From Glycera tridactyla (taxonomy: Eukaryota), in assembly GCA_965644265.1 (NCBI GenBank), contig OZ286461.1, positions 43,214,001 to 43,278,000 of the forward strand: DNA of 64,000 bases, given 5' to 3'. Shown piece after piece: positions 54,254 to 62,640 of this stretch. The notes under the pieces were generated by a model. That model saw only the letters and a program-made list of their open reading frames with translations, was not told where the DNA came from and made no database searches. Position 1 is the stretch's first letter, and each line of letters starts with the position of its first letter. The position numbers and the translations under genes were made by a program.

Positions 54254-54444
54254 GACGACGACGACGATGACGACGACGACATCAGTAATGGCAACAGCAA
54301 CCACCACCACCTTCATACTCACCACTATTGCCATGCAACAACCTCACCACCACCATCACCATGCAACAACACCACCACCACCTTCATACCCACCACCACT
54401 AGCACCACCACAACCACCACCACCACTTCACCGACGATGAAAAT

Positions 54445-54481
<37 letters not shown>

Positions 54482-57400
54482 TTTTGCTAAAGCCAGGTAG
54501 GTGTGCTCTCAAATCCATTCGTACAGGCGTGAGATCAATCATGGATGAAGTGATATTTGGCTGAATAAACTTCGGATGGCGACGCTTTAGGCCTTCTGCC
54601 CGAGTGCTGATCTCTGATTGGCTGGTTTACACACACTATGTACAACTCCATTCATAAATCGGCGCAGTGATCCATGAGACATGGTAATGAGGTGCGAACA
54701 AGAAGCACTATTTCACACCCCCTACGAAATATCATATCGACCAAAAAACACAGGGATTGAGACAGACAGACAGACAGACAGACATGAATTGGCGCAGTGA
54801 TCCATGAGACCTGGTAATGAGGTGCGAACAAGAAGGACTACTTCACACCCCCTACGTATTATATCACATTCGTGTGCAGCTATACATCTCTGAGTGGTTG
54901 TATCTGTGTGCTTCGGTCATCGGCCACAAAAACGAGTGTTGAGAGAATTTCGTATTACGTAATCGCTACATTTCCCTAAATTGCCGGTCATCAGATCAAT
55001 AGATCATCTTAAAATTGTGTTGGATTGGATCATTCGAACCTTTTACATAGCTCCGAACAAGATTCGTTTGATGATATTAGTCTCGGGAGTCAGAATTGGC
55101 AAAGTTAGTAGGCAGGTCGAGAAGAGAGGTGGTAGCATGGTGATCTCCAGCCGCTGGCGGAGATCACAACAAGAGCACCCACGTGCGCCGANNNNNNNNN
55201 NNNNNNNNNNNNNNNNNNNNNNNNNNNNNNNNNNNNNNNNNNNNNNNNNNNNNNNNNNNNNNNNNNNNNNNNNNNNNNNNNNNNNNNNNNNNNNNNNNNN
55301 NNNNNNNNNNNNNNNNNNNNNNNNNNNNNNNNNNNNNNNNNNNNNNNNNNNNNNNAGTCACGGAGAGAGAGGGAGAGAGAGGGGGGCAGACAGACAGACA
55401 GACAAACAGACAGAAGAGATGTATGCCTGGTCCCCACAATATCAGAGAGAGCTACCTGTTATTCGCGACGGTCACGTGACACGATTTGGCGAAAGTAGTC
55501 CCGGCAATGAACGTATACATGTCAACATCGAAGTGGGCGTGCCCAAAGAGCTTGATTGACAGGCATTTACTATTTGTGCGTAGCTATACTTCTCTGAGCG
55601 ATCGTATCTGTGTGCTTCGGTGATCGGCGAAGTTAGAAGGCATTTCGAGCAGAGAAGTGGTGGCATAATGATCTCCAGCTGCAGGCGGAGATCACAACAA
55701 GAGCGCAAAGCTGTGCTGAGTGATCTCCGGTGAGAATTGGAAGATGGTGACGAGCCCTCCTTCAGGAATTTGCTGCTCTCTGATTGGCTGGTTTTACACA
55801 TGCTATCTACAACTTCGTTCATGAATCGGCGCAGTGATCCATCAAACCTGGTGATGAGGTGCGAACAATAAGCACTCCTTTACACCCCTATAAAGGATCA
55901 TATCGACCAAAACACTAATTTTTCGAGATTTATGCATACAGATAAGACAAATGGATGTCGAGGATTCAATTCAGATGATCGTTCCAACAGTGTCTTTGAT
56001 ATTTCTCCATGTAAGCCCTCCCTGAGGAATCTGGGGAATTGGTCCTCCCGGTGCAAGTCATGAGCGGCGCAGTGATCCATGAAAGCTGGTAATGAGGTGC
56101 GAAGAAGAAGCACTACTTCACTCCCATACAAACTATAGTCTGTCAAGCTTGATCGTGGCGAGAACGTTTTTCGCCCTAGCATGGCAAATTCGCATCAGAT
56201 TGAAATGAGACTGGCTGACAGACATTGTATACATCTACTACCACTAGAAATGTAATCTCGGCGAGGTTCCCTTGTATATTTCACCTTAGAACCCCAAATA
56301 TGTCAATTTCACGCAGATTTCGTGGCGTGTGTGCCAGCTGTATCTCCATGGGCGGCCATGGCATGGCATAACCCTCTTCTAAAGCATACAGACTACCCAA
56401 GGCTAGATTCGATAATTGCCGGAAGACCAGTATAATCCATTCATGCCATTAAAAGTCAAATCAGACGAAAATTGACAAAGTTAGTGTCTGAAACGTACCC
56501 GCCACAATTGGATTTGAAAGAGTTCATCATATCAACCAAAACACGCACTCACTATTTGTGTGCAGCTATACAGATCCGAGCCGCAAAAGTAGTCCTGGTT
56601 CCGAACATGGGCATGCCCAAAGAGCTTGATTGACACTTCGCCCAAACTATTTAGTCTCTATATCAATAGGTTGCCTCGCAGGCATTTACTATTTGTGCGC
56701 AGCTATACATCTCTGAGCGGTCGTATCTGTGTGCTTCGGTAATCGGCCAACAAAAACGAGTGTTGAGAGAATTTCATATTACGCAATCGCTACATTTCCT
56801 CAAATTGTCGTCCATCAGATCAATAAATCATCTTGAAATTGTGTTAGATTAGATAATTAGATCTTTTTACACAGATCCGATCAAGATTCATTTGATTATA
56901 TTGGCCTCGAGAGTCAGAATCGGCGAAGTTAGAAAGCATTTCGAGTAGAGAGCTGGCAGCATAGTGATCTCCAACGGAGATCACAAAAACTGTGTTTGCC
57001 TCCGTGGAATATCAATACACATGAACACATATACATCAATAGCACATAGTGATAGTAGAGACGGTAGTAAGATATAAAAGAATGTGAGTGAAATGGGACA
57101 GGTTGATGGTGAAGTCTCAACATAGGTAGGCAACTGCCTACATTCAATGGAAACTGCATACAGTCAATGACAATCGACTACATCCGATGGCAATTGCTAT
57201 ATTCCATGGCAATTCACTACATTCGATAGCAACTGCCCACATTTGATGGCAATTAACTATGGATCCCCCTCGTTCAGTGACGATATGCGAACAAACCGGC
57301 ACTCGACGGCGATAATTTCAAACATTTTAAAATTTCCGCATCACAGTGGCGATCCATGACATTCGATTGCCTTCACTGGCGGTTCGCTCGGCAATCAATG

Positions 57401-57648
57401 GCAGGCTCAAACCGTGAATGTGTAAAAAGGGGCTCAACGTGCTGCTGAACTCGGTTTGACCAGACACTATGATACTTACACCATGTTGAACCAATGTAGA
57501 CCTCTACCCGGCCGTAGTTATCGTAGTCGCTGGTGGGTTGATCCAGGCGTACGTCGGTGACCACACTCAGCAACTGGCGCAGGGTGTTTGCTTTTATACC
57601 CTGGTAGCTTAACAAGAGCAGACAGAGGGTTATCCACTGCCGCGGCAT
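13435..57648 (-). CDS. Gene B: multi-SRCR protein, signal peptide + 22 tandem SRCR domains, about 2,490 aa, 26 coding exons, no TM seen (probably secreted)
   Basis: Exons (minus, high to low): 57648-57480, 51313-~50970, 50300-49959, 46421-46080, 44897-44538, 43147-~42827, 42572-42225, 40510-40184, 39698-39378, 39108-38943, 37350-37190, 35192-34863, 33679-33516, 33133-32923, 32367-32023, 30099-29773, 29294-28953, 26270-25944, 25069-24918, 21881-21695, 21044-20745, 20003-19677, 18695-18369, 16721-16383, 15887-15561, 13691-13435. All visible junctions are GT-AG and phase-compatible; every module keeps the six group-A SRCR cysteines. That all exons join into one transcript is inference. Confidence 0.8.
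13936..14010. repeat. 19-bp tandem repeat x4
   Basis: ATACTCACAATGTTCAGT[C/T]. Confidence 0.85.
14765..14889. mobile_element. Tc1/mariner-type MITE
   Basis: TA-CAGTGAAAC ... GTTTCACTG-TA: perfect 9-bp terminal inverted repeats with TA duplication. Confidence 0.75.
15561..15887 (-). CDS. Gene B exon 25 (SRCR module)
   Basis: 327 nt, GAICKDEF...GRVEICHNKQWG|GTAGGT. Confidence 0.92.
16383..16721 (-). CDS. Gene B exon 24 (SRCR module)
   Basis: 339 nt, GTFCDAGFD...GRVEFCTNIGSG|GTGAGT. Confidence 0.9.
18369..18695 (-). CDS. Gene B exon 23 (SRCR module)
   Basis: 327 nt, GTICDDGFD...GRVEICYQRDWG|GTATGT. Confidence 0.92.
18820..19050 (+). repeat. Same interspersed family as 7860-8150
   Basis: Shared CATCACTC.CACAAACCCT.CACACAAGATGA and TGGCATATCTAACT. 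Confidence 0.55.
19677..20003 (-). CDS. Gene B exon 22 (SRCR module)
   Basis: 327 nt, GTVCSEGFD...GRLETCAWNQWG|GTAGGT. Confidence 0.92.
20745..21044 (-). CDS. Gene B exon 21 (SRCR module)
   Basis: 300 nt, GTICNDGFA...GRVEICHNGVFG|GTGAGA. Confidence 0.92.
21289..21414. repeat. 42-bp tandem repeat x3
   Basis: GATGAATGGAATCCCCTTGATGATTCAGGGGAGAGTGCAGCT. Confidence 0.85.
21695..21881 (-). CDS. Gene B exon 20 (second part of split module)
   Basis: catgcag|GAA: EALSECEFSGW...GRLEVCYQQKWG|GTAGGT; 19+20 total 339 nt. Confidence 0.88.
22047..22150. repeat. Perfect 30-bp inverted repeat with 44-nt spacer (MITE-like)
   Basis: AGTAAGAAGTCCCGGCGGGGTGTGATCGGC at 22047-22076 and its exact reverse complement at 22121-22150. 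Confidence 0.9.
22730..24200 (+). repeat. Complex interspersed repeat block (modular subunits mixed with GA/GACA microsatellites)
   Basis: Shares long words with 54330-57000, e.g. GCCAGGTAGGTGTGCT.TCAAATCCATTCGTA, GCGCAGTGATCCATGAAACCTGG, CACGTGACACGATTTGGCGAAAGTAGTCCCGGC. Confidence 0.7.
24918..25069 (-). CDS. Gene B exon 19 (first part of split module; absent from the ORF track)
   Basis: caccag|GAACTGTTTGT: GTVCGTGINDEAADVICRELNYDFGIMAEPSTFGPGTGQIWMKDVDCPYNK|GTTAGA, phase 0. Confidence 0.85.
25944..26270 (-). CDS. Gene B exon 18 (SRCR module)
   Basis: 327 nt, GTICDDDFN...GRVEICKDGTWG|GTATGT. Confidence 0.92.
28124..28310. mobile_element. Tc1/mariner-type MITE
   Basis: CAGTAGAACCTG ... 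CAGGTTCCACTG-TA (11/12); internal GGTGGTTGCT subrepeats. Confidence 0.65.
28953..29294 (-). CDS. Gene B exon 17 (SRCR module)
   Basis: 342 nt, GTVCSDNFG...GRVEICMNDEWG|GTGAGT. Confidence 0.92.
29773..30099 (-). CDS. Gene B exon 16 (SRCR module)
   Basis: 327 nt, GTICDDLFD...GRLEICHDGRWG|GTAGGC. Confidence 0.92.
32023..32367 (-). CDS. Gene B exon 15 (SRCR module)
   Basis: 345 nt, GTICEDNFD...GRVEICHDNQFG|GTATGT. Confidence 0.92.
32923..33133 (-). CDS. Gene B exon 14 (second part of split module)
   Basis: ttgtag|TGT: CVGTEGSISDC...GRVEVCHATDHGALYWG|GTGAGT. Confidence 0.88.
33134..33515 (-). mobile_element. Intron occupied from its donor by a candidate introner-like element (copy 2)
   Basis: Same alignment as copy 1; the intron lies at a different codon of a different gene. 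Confidence 0.6.
33516..33679 (-). CDS. Gene B exon 13 (first part of split module, with Ser/Glu insert)
   Basis: GVICDDDV...QESSSESSSESQSSEEEDVPIVLDGVQ|GTTAGA, phase 0. Confidence 0.88.
34863..35192 (-). CDS. Gene B exon 12 (SRCR module)
   Basis: 330 nt, GTICESNF...GRVDICHSGEWG|GTAGGT. Confidence 0.92.
35830..36110. repeat. Degenerate interspersed repeat, homologous to 11940-12230
   Basis: Same shared words, same orientation. Confidence 0.45.
36282..36794. repeat. 19-bp minisatellite, about 27 copies
   Basis: Unit CCCCTACACCACGCAGCTC. Confidence 0.95.
37109..37200. repeat. Exact 46-bp tandem duplication that includes the exon 11 donor
   Basis: TGGTCTAGATGGCAAAGAAAATGAAGACTTCCTACCCCATCTATAA at 37109-37154 and 37155-37200. 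Confidence 0.95.
37190..37350 (-). CDS. Gene B exon 11 (second part of split module)
   Basis: gtgcag|T TTC CAA GGC TGG completes Ser; FQGWGDHNC...GRLEICHDYRWG|GTAGGA. Confidence 0.88.
37397..37658 (+). mobile_element. About 265-bp double-hairpin non-autonomous element, copy 1
   Basis: TTATCACATGGAT..ATCCATGTGATAA hairpin followed by AGCAAGACTATATG..CATATAGTCTTGCT hairpin; four copies in the window. Confidence 0.7.
38620..38780 (-). repeat. Same interspersed family as 7860-8150, inverted
   Basis: Reverse complement aligns to 7878-8000. Confidence 0.55.
38943..39108 (-). CDS. Gene B exon 10 (first part of split module)
   Basis: GTICGAY...VTDC-AG|GTCAGA, phase 2; with exon 11 totals 327 nt. 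Confidence 0.88.
39378..39698 (-). CDS. Gene B exon 9 (SRCR module)
   Basis: 321 nt, GTICEDEFS...VQVCHDSRWG|GTGAGT. Confidence 0.92.
40184..40510 (-). CDS. Gene B exon 8 (SRCR module)
   Basis: 327 nt, GTICDDEFS...GRLEVCHENKWG|GTAGGT. Confidence 0.92.
41560..42060. repeat. Degenerate about 53-bp pyrimidine-rich minisatellite
   Basis: TTTCACTTCCTCACTCAATACTTGTC recurs every 52-54 bp. Confidence 0.8.
42225..42572 (-). CDS. Gene B exon 7 (SRCR module)
   Basis: 348 nt, GTVCDDGFG...RVEIFHDEIWG|GTGAGT. Confidence 0.92.
42828..43147 (-). CDS. Gene B exon 6 (divergent SRCR module); donor hidden in N-run
   Basis: cag|GCACTTTCTGC; GTFCAYNF...GRVEIFNGDVW then Ns. Confidence 0.85.
43190..43520. repeat. 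(GA)n-rich tract
   Basis: Seen directly; similar tracts at 22820-22875, 23155-23235 and 54196-54250. Confidence 0.9.
44538..44897 (-). CDS. Gene B exon 5 (SRCR module)
   Basis: 360 nt, GTVCDDDFD...GRLEIFRNDAWG|GTGAGT. Confidence 0.92.
44945..45165. repeat. Degenerate about 58-bp tandem repeat x4
   Basis: ATATC...ACCCC.TTA.CACAT.GAAA recurs. Confidence 0.7.
46080..46421 (-). CDS. Gene B exon 4 (SRCR module)
   Basis: 342 nt, GTICNEGFDD...GRLEICHNLEWG|GTGAGT. Confidence 0.92.
46544..46807 (+). mobile_element. Double-hairpin element, copy 2
   Basis: Aligns end to end with 37397-37658. Confidence 0.7.
49959..50300 (-). CDS. Gene B exon 3 (SRCR module)
   Basis: 342 nt, GSVCDD...GRLEICQEAEWG|GTGAGT. 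Confidence 0.92.
50982..51313 (-). CDS. Gene B exon 2 (SRCR1 C-part/SRCR2 N-part); 3' end hidden in N-run
   Basis: catttcag|ATACTCTTTGC; YTLCAHEFSEMDADVVCRQLG...GRVEVCY then Ns. Confidence 0.85.
51834..52302. repeat. 41-bp minisatellite, about 11 copies
   Basis: Unit CCATCGAATGTGGGCAGTTGCCATCGGATGTAAGTCAATTT. Confidence 0.95.
52320..52850. repeat. (CTGA/CTCA/CCAA)n microsatellite field
   Basis: Seen directly. Confidence 0.85.
52880..53445. mobile_element. Palindromic MITE-like element with nested inverted arms
   Basis: 38-bp arms 52990-53027 / 53303-53340 (3 mismatches) plus outer arms about 52890-52950 / 53388-53440. Confidence 0.6.
54330..57000 (+). repeat. Complex interspersed repeat block, internally multiplied copy
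   Basis: Several copies of the subunits seen at 22730-24200, in the same orientation. Confidence 0.7.
57480..57648 (-). CDS. Gene B coding exon 1: signal peptide MPRQWITLCLLLLSYQGIKA + N-part of SRCR1
   Basis: ATG 57648-57646, acceptor 3 nt upstream (tttcacag|ACAATG); DVRL..YGRVEVYIGSTW; donor T|GTAAGT, phase 1; joins the next exon to give W-Y-T-L-C. Confidence 0.8.
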
Positions 57649-58632
57649 TGTCTGTGAAACATGAGATGCAGGAATCAATTGACGATTGCATATCAAAGTA
57701 ATCTGTCTGTCTGTCCACAAGTTGGTCTGTTCGTTCATCCGTCCATTCTGTCTGTCTGACTGTATGTATGTCTATCTGTTTGTATTCAAAATTACGAATT
57801 GGACAAGAGGATCCAGTCTCTCCGGAGGGGAGTTTGGAGGGAGGGGGGGGGGGGTGCTAGCTAGTATATCAGCTTGTGGAGAATGTCTTTTCTCAATGGG
57901 TGATTTTAGTGAAGGTTTGAGCATGGGATCGATCACATAGACTTCACTTGGCTGTCAGGTATGGGTCAAATCCAATTCACAAATATGTCAACAGCTACTC
58001 AACGTTTTGGGAAATAGATCGGGATAAATACTCTCCTGAAAAATGATTACACTCCTTAATTTAGGTGAATAAGGATAAGAAACATGAATTACATTTTAAA
58101 AGACCTTATTCTCAATTGAAGATACAGATCAGTGTCTTGGAATAGTCAGATACATGAACACCAATCTAAATCTGTGTTGGATTGTCTTCAAAATGACATA
58201 TCCTGTTCTCCAAGTAGGTGTTTGGTTAGGGTGGAATGAAAGACGGAATGTTTATAGAAATACACCTCATGACAGTGGGACGCCATATGTATGCATTCAT
58301 TGATTGAGTATGGCTAACACCTTTTTCACAATACAACTTCTCATTTGATTATTCATGAATAGGCAGATGCAGTCAAACGGAATTGCGAGAGAAAGGTTTA
58401 CGACCTGCGGGAAAGGCTCTGATGGGAAGTGATGGGTGAGGAATAGTTGATATGAGGTGGTAGGCATGGATTGATGCAATTGATGAAATACTTTGGCATG
58501 AAAAAATAGCATGCACCCTTCGTATATGAGTACCAATCAGAATATTTCCCGTTTCAGTCTACCAAAATCACTCCCCTTGGGTTTCAGGATAGTGGTCATA
58601 AGGTCTGCAACTCTCTCCAGCGTCGCACCTAC

Positions 58633-58688
58633 CTTCTCTGTGTGTCCTCAGCCGTGTGAATACAGAATCAGCCGACAGTTTTTATATA
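58633..58688 (-). promoter_or_regulatory. Candidate TATA promoter and short non-coding first exon of gene B
   Basis: TATATAAAAA at 58688-58679, donor AAG|GTAGGT at 58633, acceptor at 57651 just before the ATG. Inference only. Confidence 0.4.
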
Positions 58689-58899
58689 GCCACACCCAGT
58701 CAACCCATCATCCGGCCTTGCTTCTATTTCTTGACCTCCAATAATTTCACCATTCAAACAACTGTATATCCTAGCTAGACAAAACTTCAGAGCAAGTGAT
58801 AGGCAGGGTCGAGACTGCAGACACGGACATTGTCACTGGGAACCACAGAGAAGACAAATGAGGAGGTGAGATATATATCTGAATGCCATGGTCTTGTAT

Positions 58900-59170
58900 T
58901 ATAGCAAGAATACATGGCCGTGAAGTAAAAAAACGCAATAACAAACGAGGTGATAATTTTGCAGATGTCATGAGGCCGGAGGCCGATTGACATCCAGCGA
59001 AATTCAAACTGAGTTTGGTATTGCTTTTTCACCTCATGGCCATATATTCTTGCTTTTATCACATGGATGAGGAAAAAATCACCAAATAGTAGTTCTCAAC
59101 CAGCTGTGAATTATCACACGTAATACTCAACACTTGATACTCCGCCGAAAATGTCACATCCATGTGATAA
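58900..59170 (-). mobile_element. Double-hairpin element, copy 3 (inverted)
   Basis: Reverse complement of copies 1 and 2. Confidence 0.7.
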
Positions 59171-59497
59171 TCACCTATAATCTTGGTAAAATGACCCAGC
59201 CTTACTACGATATTGTATCTAAATTACGCTTCGATTGTTTCAATCGGCTATGTACGCCATCTTGTTTCACGAGTTTTTCTTCAAGTCCTAATCAAGTGAA
59301 TCATATTTGCCATGTAGCATCTAATTCGACAGTATTGTGTATCTTTTATATATTGAAGAATTCAAAAAAGGATCATGCTGTATCCTGTGTGGAGAGGTTT
59401 TTTCTTTCGTAAGATTTCATCATGTCAGAATCGACCAAAGCTGGTCAAATTACAGGTCAAATGAACGTTGGAAATACATGACTCAGCTAGTTATAAC

Positions 59498-59768
59498 TAT
59501 AGCAAGACTATATGGCCGTGAAGTAAAAATGCAATACCAAACAAGGTGTGAATTCCACAGGATGTCTCGAGGGCGAAGGCCGAGTGACATCCAGAGTAAT
59601 TCACACCGAGTTTGGTATTGCATTTTTACCTCACGGTCATATAGTCTTGCTTTTATCACATGGATTAGGGGAGAAATCGTCTAAAAGTACTTCTCATCCA
59701 GCTGTGAAGTATCACACGCAATACTCAACACCTGATACTTCACTGAAAACGGCTCATCCATGTGATAA
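59498..59768 (-). mobile_element. Double-hairpin element, copy 4 (inverted)
   Basis: Reverse complement of copies 1 and 2. Confidence 0.7.
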
Positions 59769-60929
59769 AAGGTGGCGACTGCGTCGTCATACACACAATC
59801 ATTGCAGAAAACAAAGAAAGAACGGATAATAATATTGGTTTGGCATTGGAAAATCTGTATAATGCCTCATAGCAGCAAGAGTGGCTAGAACATTATCAAA
59901 TATTCAGCAAAATGTCAAATACACTGAGAATTGTGCCAAAGTTGATGATCTCCATTAACAACTTTATTTTTGCATTAGTGATTTGTAACAAGATGGGATC
60001 GAATGTAGAGTGTGAATGTATAGTTAGGGCGTGACGTTGCACGTGACATGATTGTCGTTTATATAGCCGCTGTGACACTGGCAATGATTGAAATCATGGT
60101 GTTTGTTAATACGAAAGATACGGCCAACGACGGAAGAATAGTTCAAATATCCGTGCTACTCACTGACGTCATCGGTGGTGCGTGTCAATATAGGGTAGAG
60201 CAATGAAAACTGCCAATATATGGGAGATTACATATGATTGGTGTTATTATCCGGAATTCGGTGGTGACTGTTACAGTCAATTTGCATTAGATGCCATGTA
60301 TCAATACAAATGAGACAATATGAAACATGGGGAAACAGGGGGAGGCAGAATCTTTGCTAGTATGGAAGTAACCTGGATGATTGTAGAGTGCGGCCCCATG
60401 CAGTTGATTGAGTACCTGGCTGTAATTCCCAAGAAGATGAGAAATTGTTCAAGCTTGAACAAACCTGTCTGGGAATGTAATCATTATGTTGGATTGAATT
60501 GTCAATGATACAAGACTACAAATCACCACATTCATTGTATCTTAAATTGATCTCAATTCACCAGGAATTCCATATGGCTAAATGAAGGGGGACTATCTCA
60601 CAAGTCAACCACACTGCAGTATATTATCACCCAATCGGCCCTCCATATTGGATGAAATGACTTGTTTGAGCTGTCAAATGCTGCTGCCCTCTTGGAATCA
60701 TTCTGAATGACCTTCATGATTTGAAAGAGGTTCTATCTTTTGAGTCGTTCTTTGCTGTTGATCCAACTAAACTCCGGTGTCACTAACACAAACACACCTG
60801 TGGGATTCGAAAGTTTAATCCTTGTTCATGTCTTAGCACTGAACTCAATTTTGTGATTGAGTATATAATGTCAGCTATGCAAAATACAGATAATTCTACA
60901 ATGTGTTACTGTTTTAAGTGAATATTTTC

Positions 60930-61104
60930 CAGTCGAATCCGCCCAATAGACTACCTCTCTACGAAGGCACGTGCCCAGAAAGACAATCTGAGTGGTGACC
61001 ACGATAGCAATATTTTCAACAAACCACCTGTCAACAAAGGGCACCTGTCTGCAAAGACTACATTTCATGTGGCCAGTGGTGGTCTTTGATGACAGGTTGG
61101 ACTG
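60930..61104. mobile_element. Degenerate Tc1/mariner-type MITE
   Basis: CAGTCGAATCCG ... CAGGTTGGACTG imperfect inverted repeats and same-family internal motifs. Confidence 0.4.
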
Positions 61105-61459
61105 GATGTACGTTGGAAAGGAGTGACATTCATCATGGAGCCTTACATATCCATTCACAGATGAAGATCGGTGATTGCCGACTCTCGCAATTTCCTGTTC
61201 TGATTGCGACATACCGGCTACCCGCGAATTCAAAATTGACAATATAATATGAACACGCGTGAAATCAGCATGTACAAAGGCCCCTGGGGACCACCCTGGT
61301 TGAGGTAAACACGCACGACGTGATCGCGTCTACTCAAACAAACACCACCGGCACACCCCACCGCATCATCATTGAAATCGTATTCATTCTCATTTTCTTC
61401 ATCTCTCGAAGCTTCCAGTGTGGGAATATCATACAGGTGGTCGAAACTATCATGACGTA

Positions 61460-61462
<3 letters not shown>

Positions 61463-61511
<49 letters not shown>

Positions 61512-61705
61512 AAGAAAAAGAGAAAGAAAGAATGAGAGAAAGAGACAGGGAGAGAGAGAAAGAGAGAGAGGGTGAGATAAAGATAGAGATAGAGGGAGCG
61601 GGAGACAGAGAGAGTGGGAGAGAGAGAGGGAGAGAGAGAGAGAGAGAAAGAGAGAGAAAGAGAGGGGGTGAGATATAGATAGAGGGAGCGGGAGACAGAG
61701 ACAGT

Positions 61706-61790
<85 letters not shown>
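61463..61790. repeat. (GA)n tract
   Basis: Seen directly. Confidence 0.9.
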
Positions 61791-61792
<2 letters not shown>

Positions 61793-61914
61793 CCGACATG
61801 ATTACGAGTTGATTATCTGGATTAGTTACTCTAGCGATAGCATGAGGGACTCCGTGAATGATGATTATTTGGACGACAAAATGGGAGACTGGCTGAATGG
61901 TGGATTGTCTGTTT

Positions 61915-62640
61915 GAAAGACAGAATGAGGGCCTGACTTAATGACAGGTGGATCATTTGGGGCGACAGAATGAGGGGCTGAATGGCAGAATGATCATTTG
62001 AGAGACAGAATGGGAGCCTGACGGAATGATGAATTGATTATTATGATGACAGAATGAGGGACTGACTGAATGATAGGTTGATTATCTGAAAGACAGGAGG
62101 AGGTACTGACTGAATCTCAGAATGAGGGCCTGGCAGATTGATAGGTATTCGATAGACAGAATGAGGGCTTGACTGAATGGCGGAATGATTATTTGAAAGA
62201 CAGAATGAGGAACTGACTGAATGATAGGTTGATTATTTGGGTGACATAATGAAGTACTGACCGAATGGCAGAATGATTATTCGAGAGACAGAATGTGGGG
62301 CTGACATATTGATAGGTTGATCATTTGGTGAAGGAATGAGGGACTGACTGAATGTTGGATTGATTATTTGAAGGACGGAATGAGGGACTGACTGGATGAT
62401 ACGTTGATTATTTGGGTGACGGGATGAGGGCCTGACAGGATGGCGAAATAATAGGTCGATTATTCGGGTGACAAAATGAGGGCCTGACAGAATGATAGGT
62501 TGATCATTTTGGTGACAGAATGAGGAACTGGCTAAATGGCAGAATGATTATTCGAAAGAGAAAATGAGGGCCTGACTGAATGGCGGAATGATTTTTTGGA
62601 AGAGAGAATGAGGACATCACTGAATAATGGGTTGGTTATT
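61915..62640. repeat. Degenerate about 41-bp minisatellite
   Basis: GACAGAATGAGGG.CTGACTGAATG...GATTATTTG recurs many times. Confidence 0.8.

Noticed and set aside
13435-57648. Naming the genes DMBT1 or CD163
   Set aside because: The domains lack the group-B cysteines, there are no CUB/ZP or TM exons and the exon register differs; orthology cannot be shown.
60058-60217. TATATAAA + TGACGTCA + CCAAT cluster as gene B's promoter
   Set aside because: No good donor follows and upstream ATGs occur; TGACGTCA appears many times in the window; the 58688 candidate fits better. Not excluded as an alternative.
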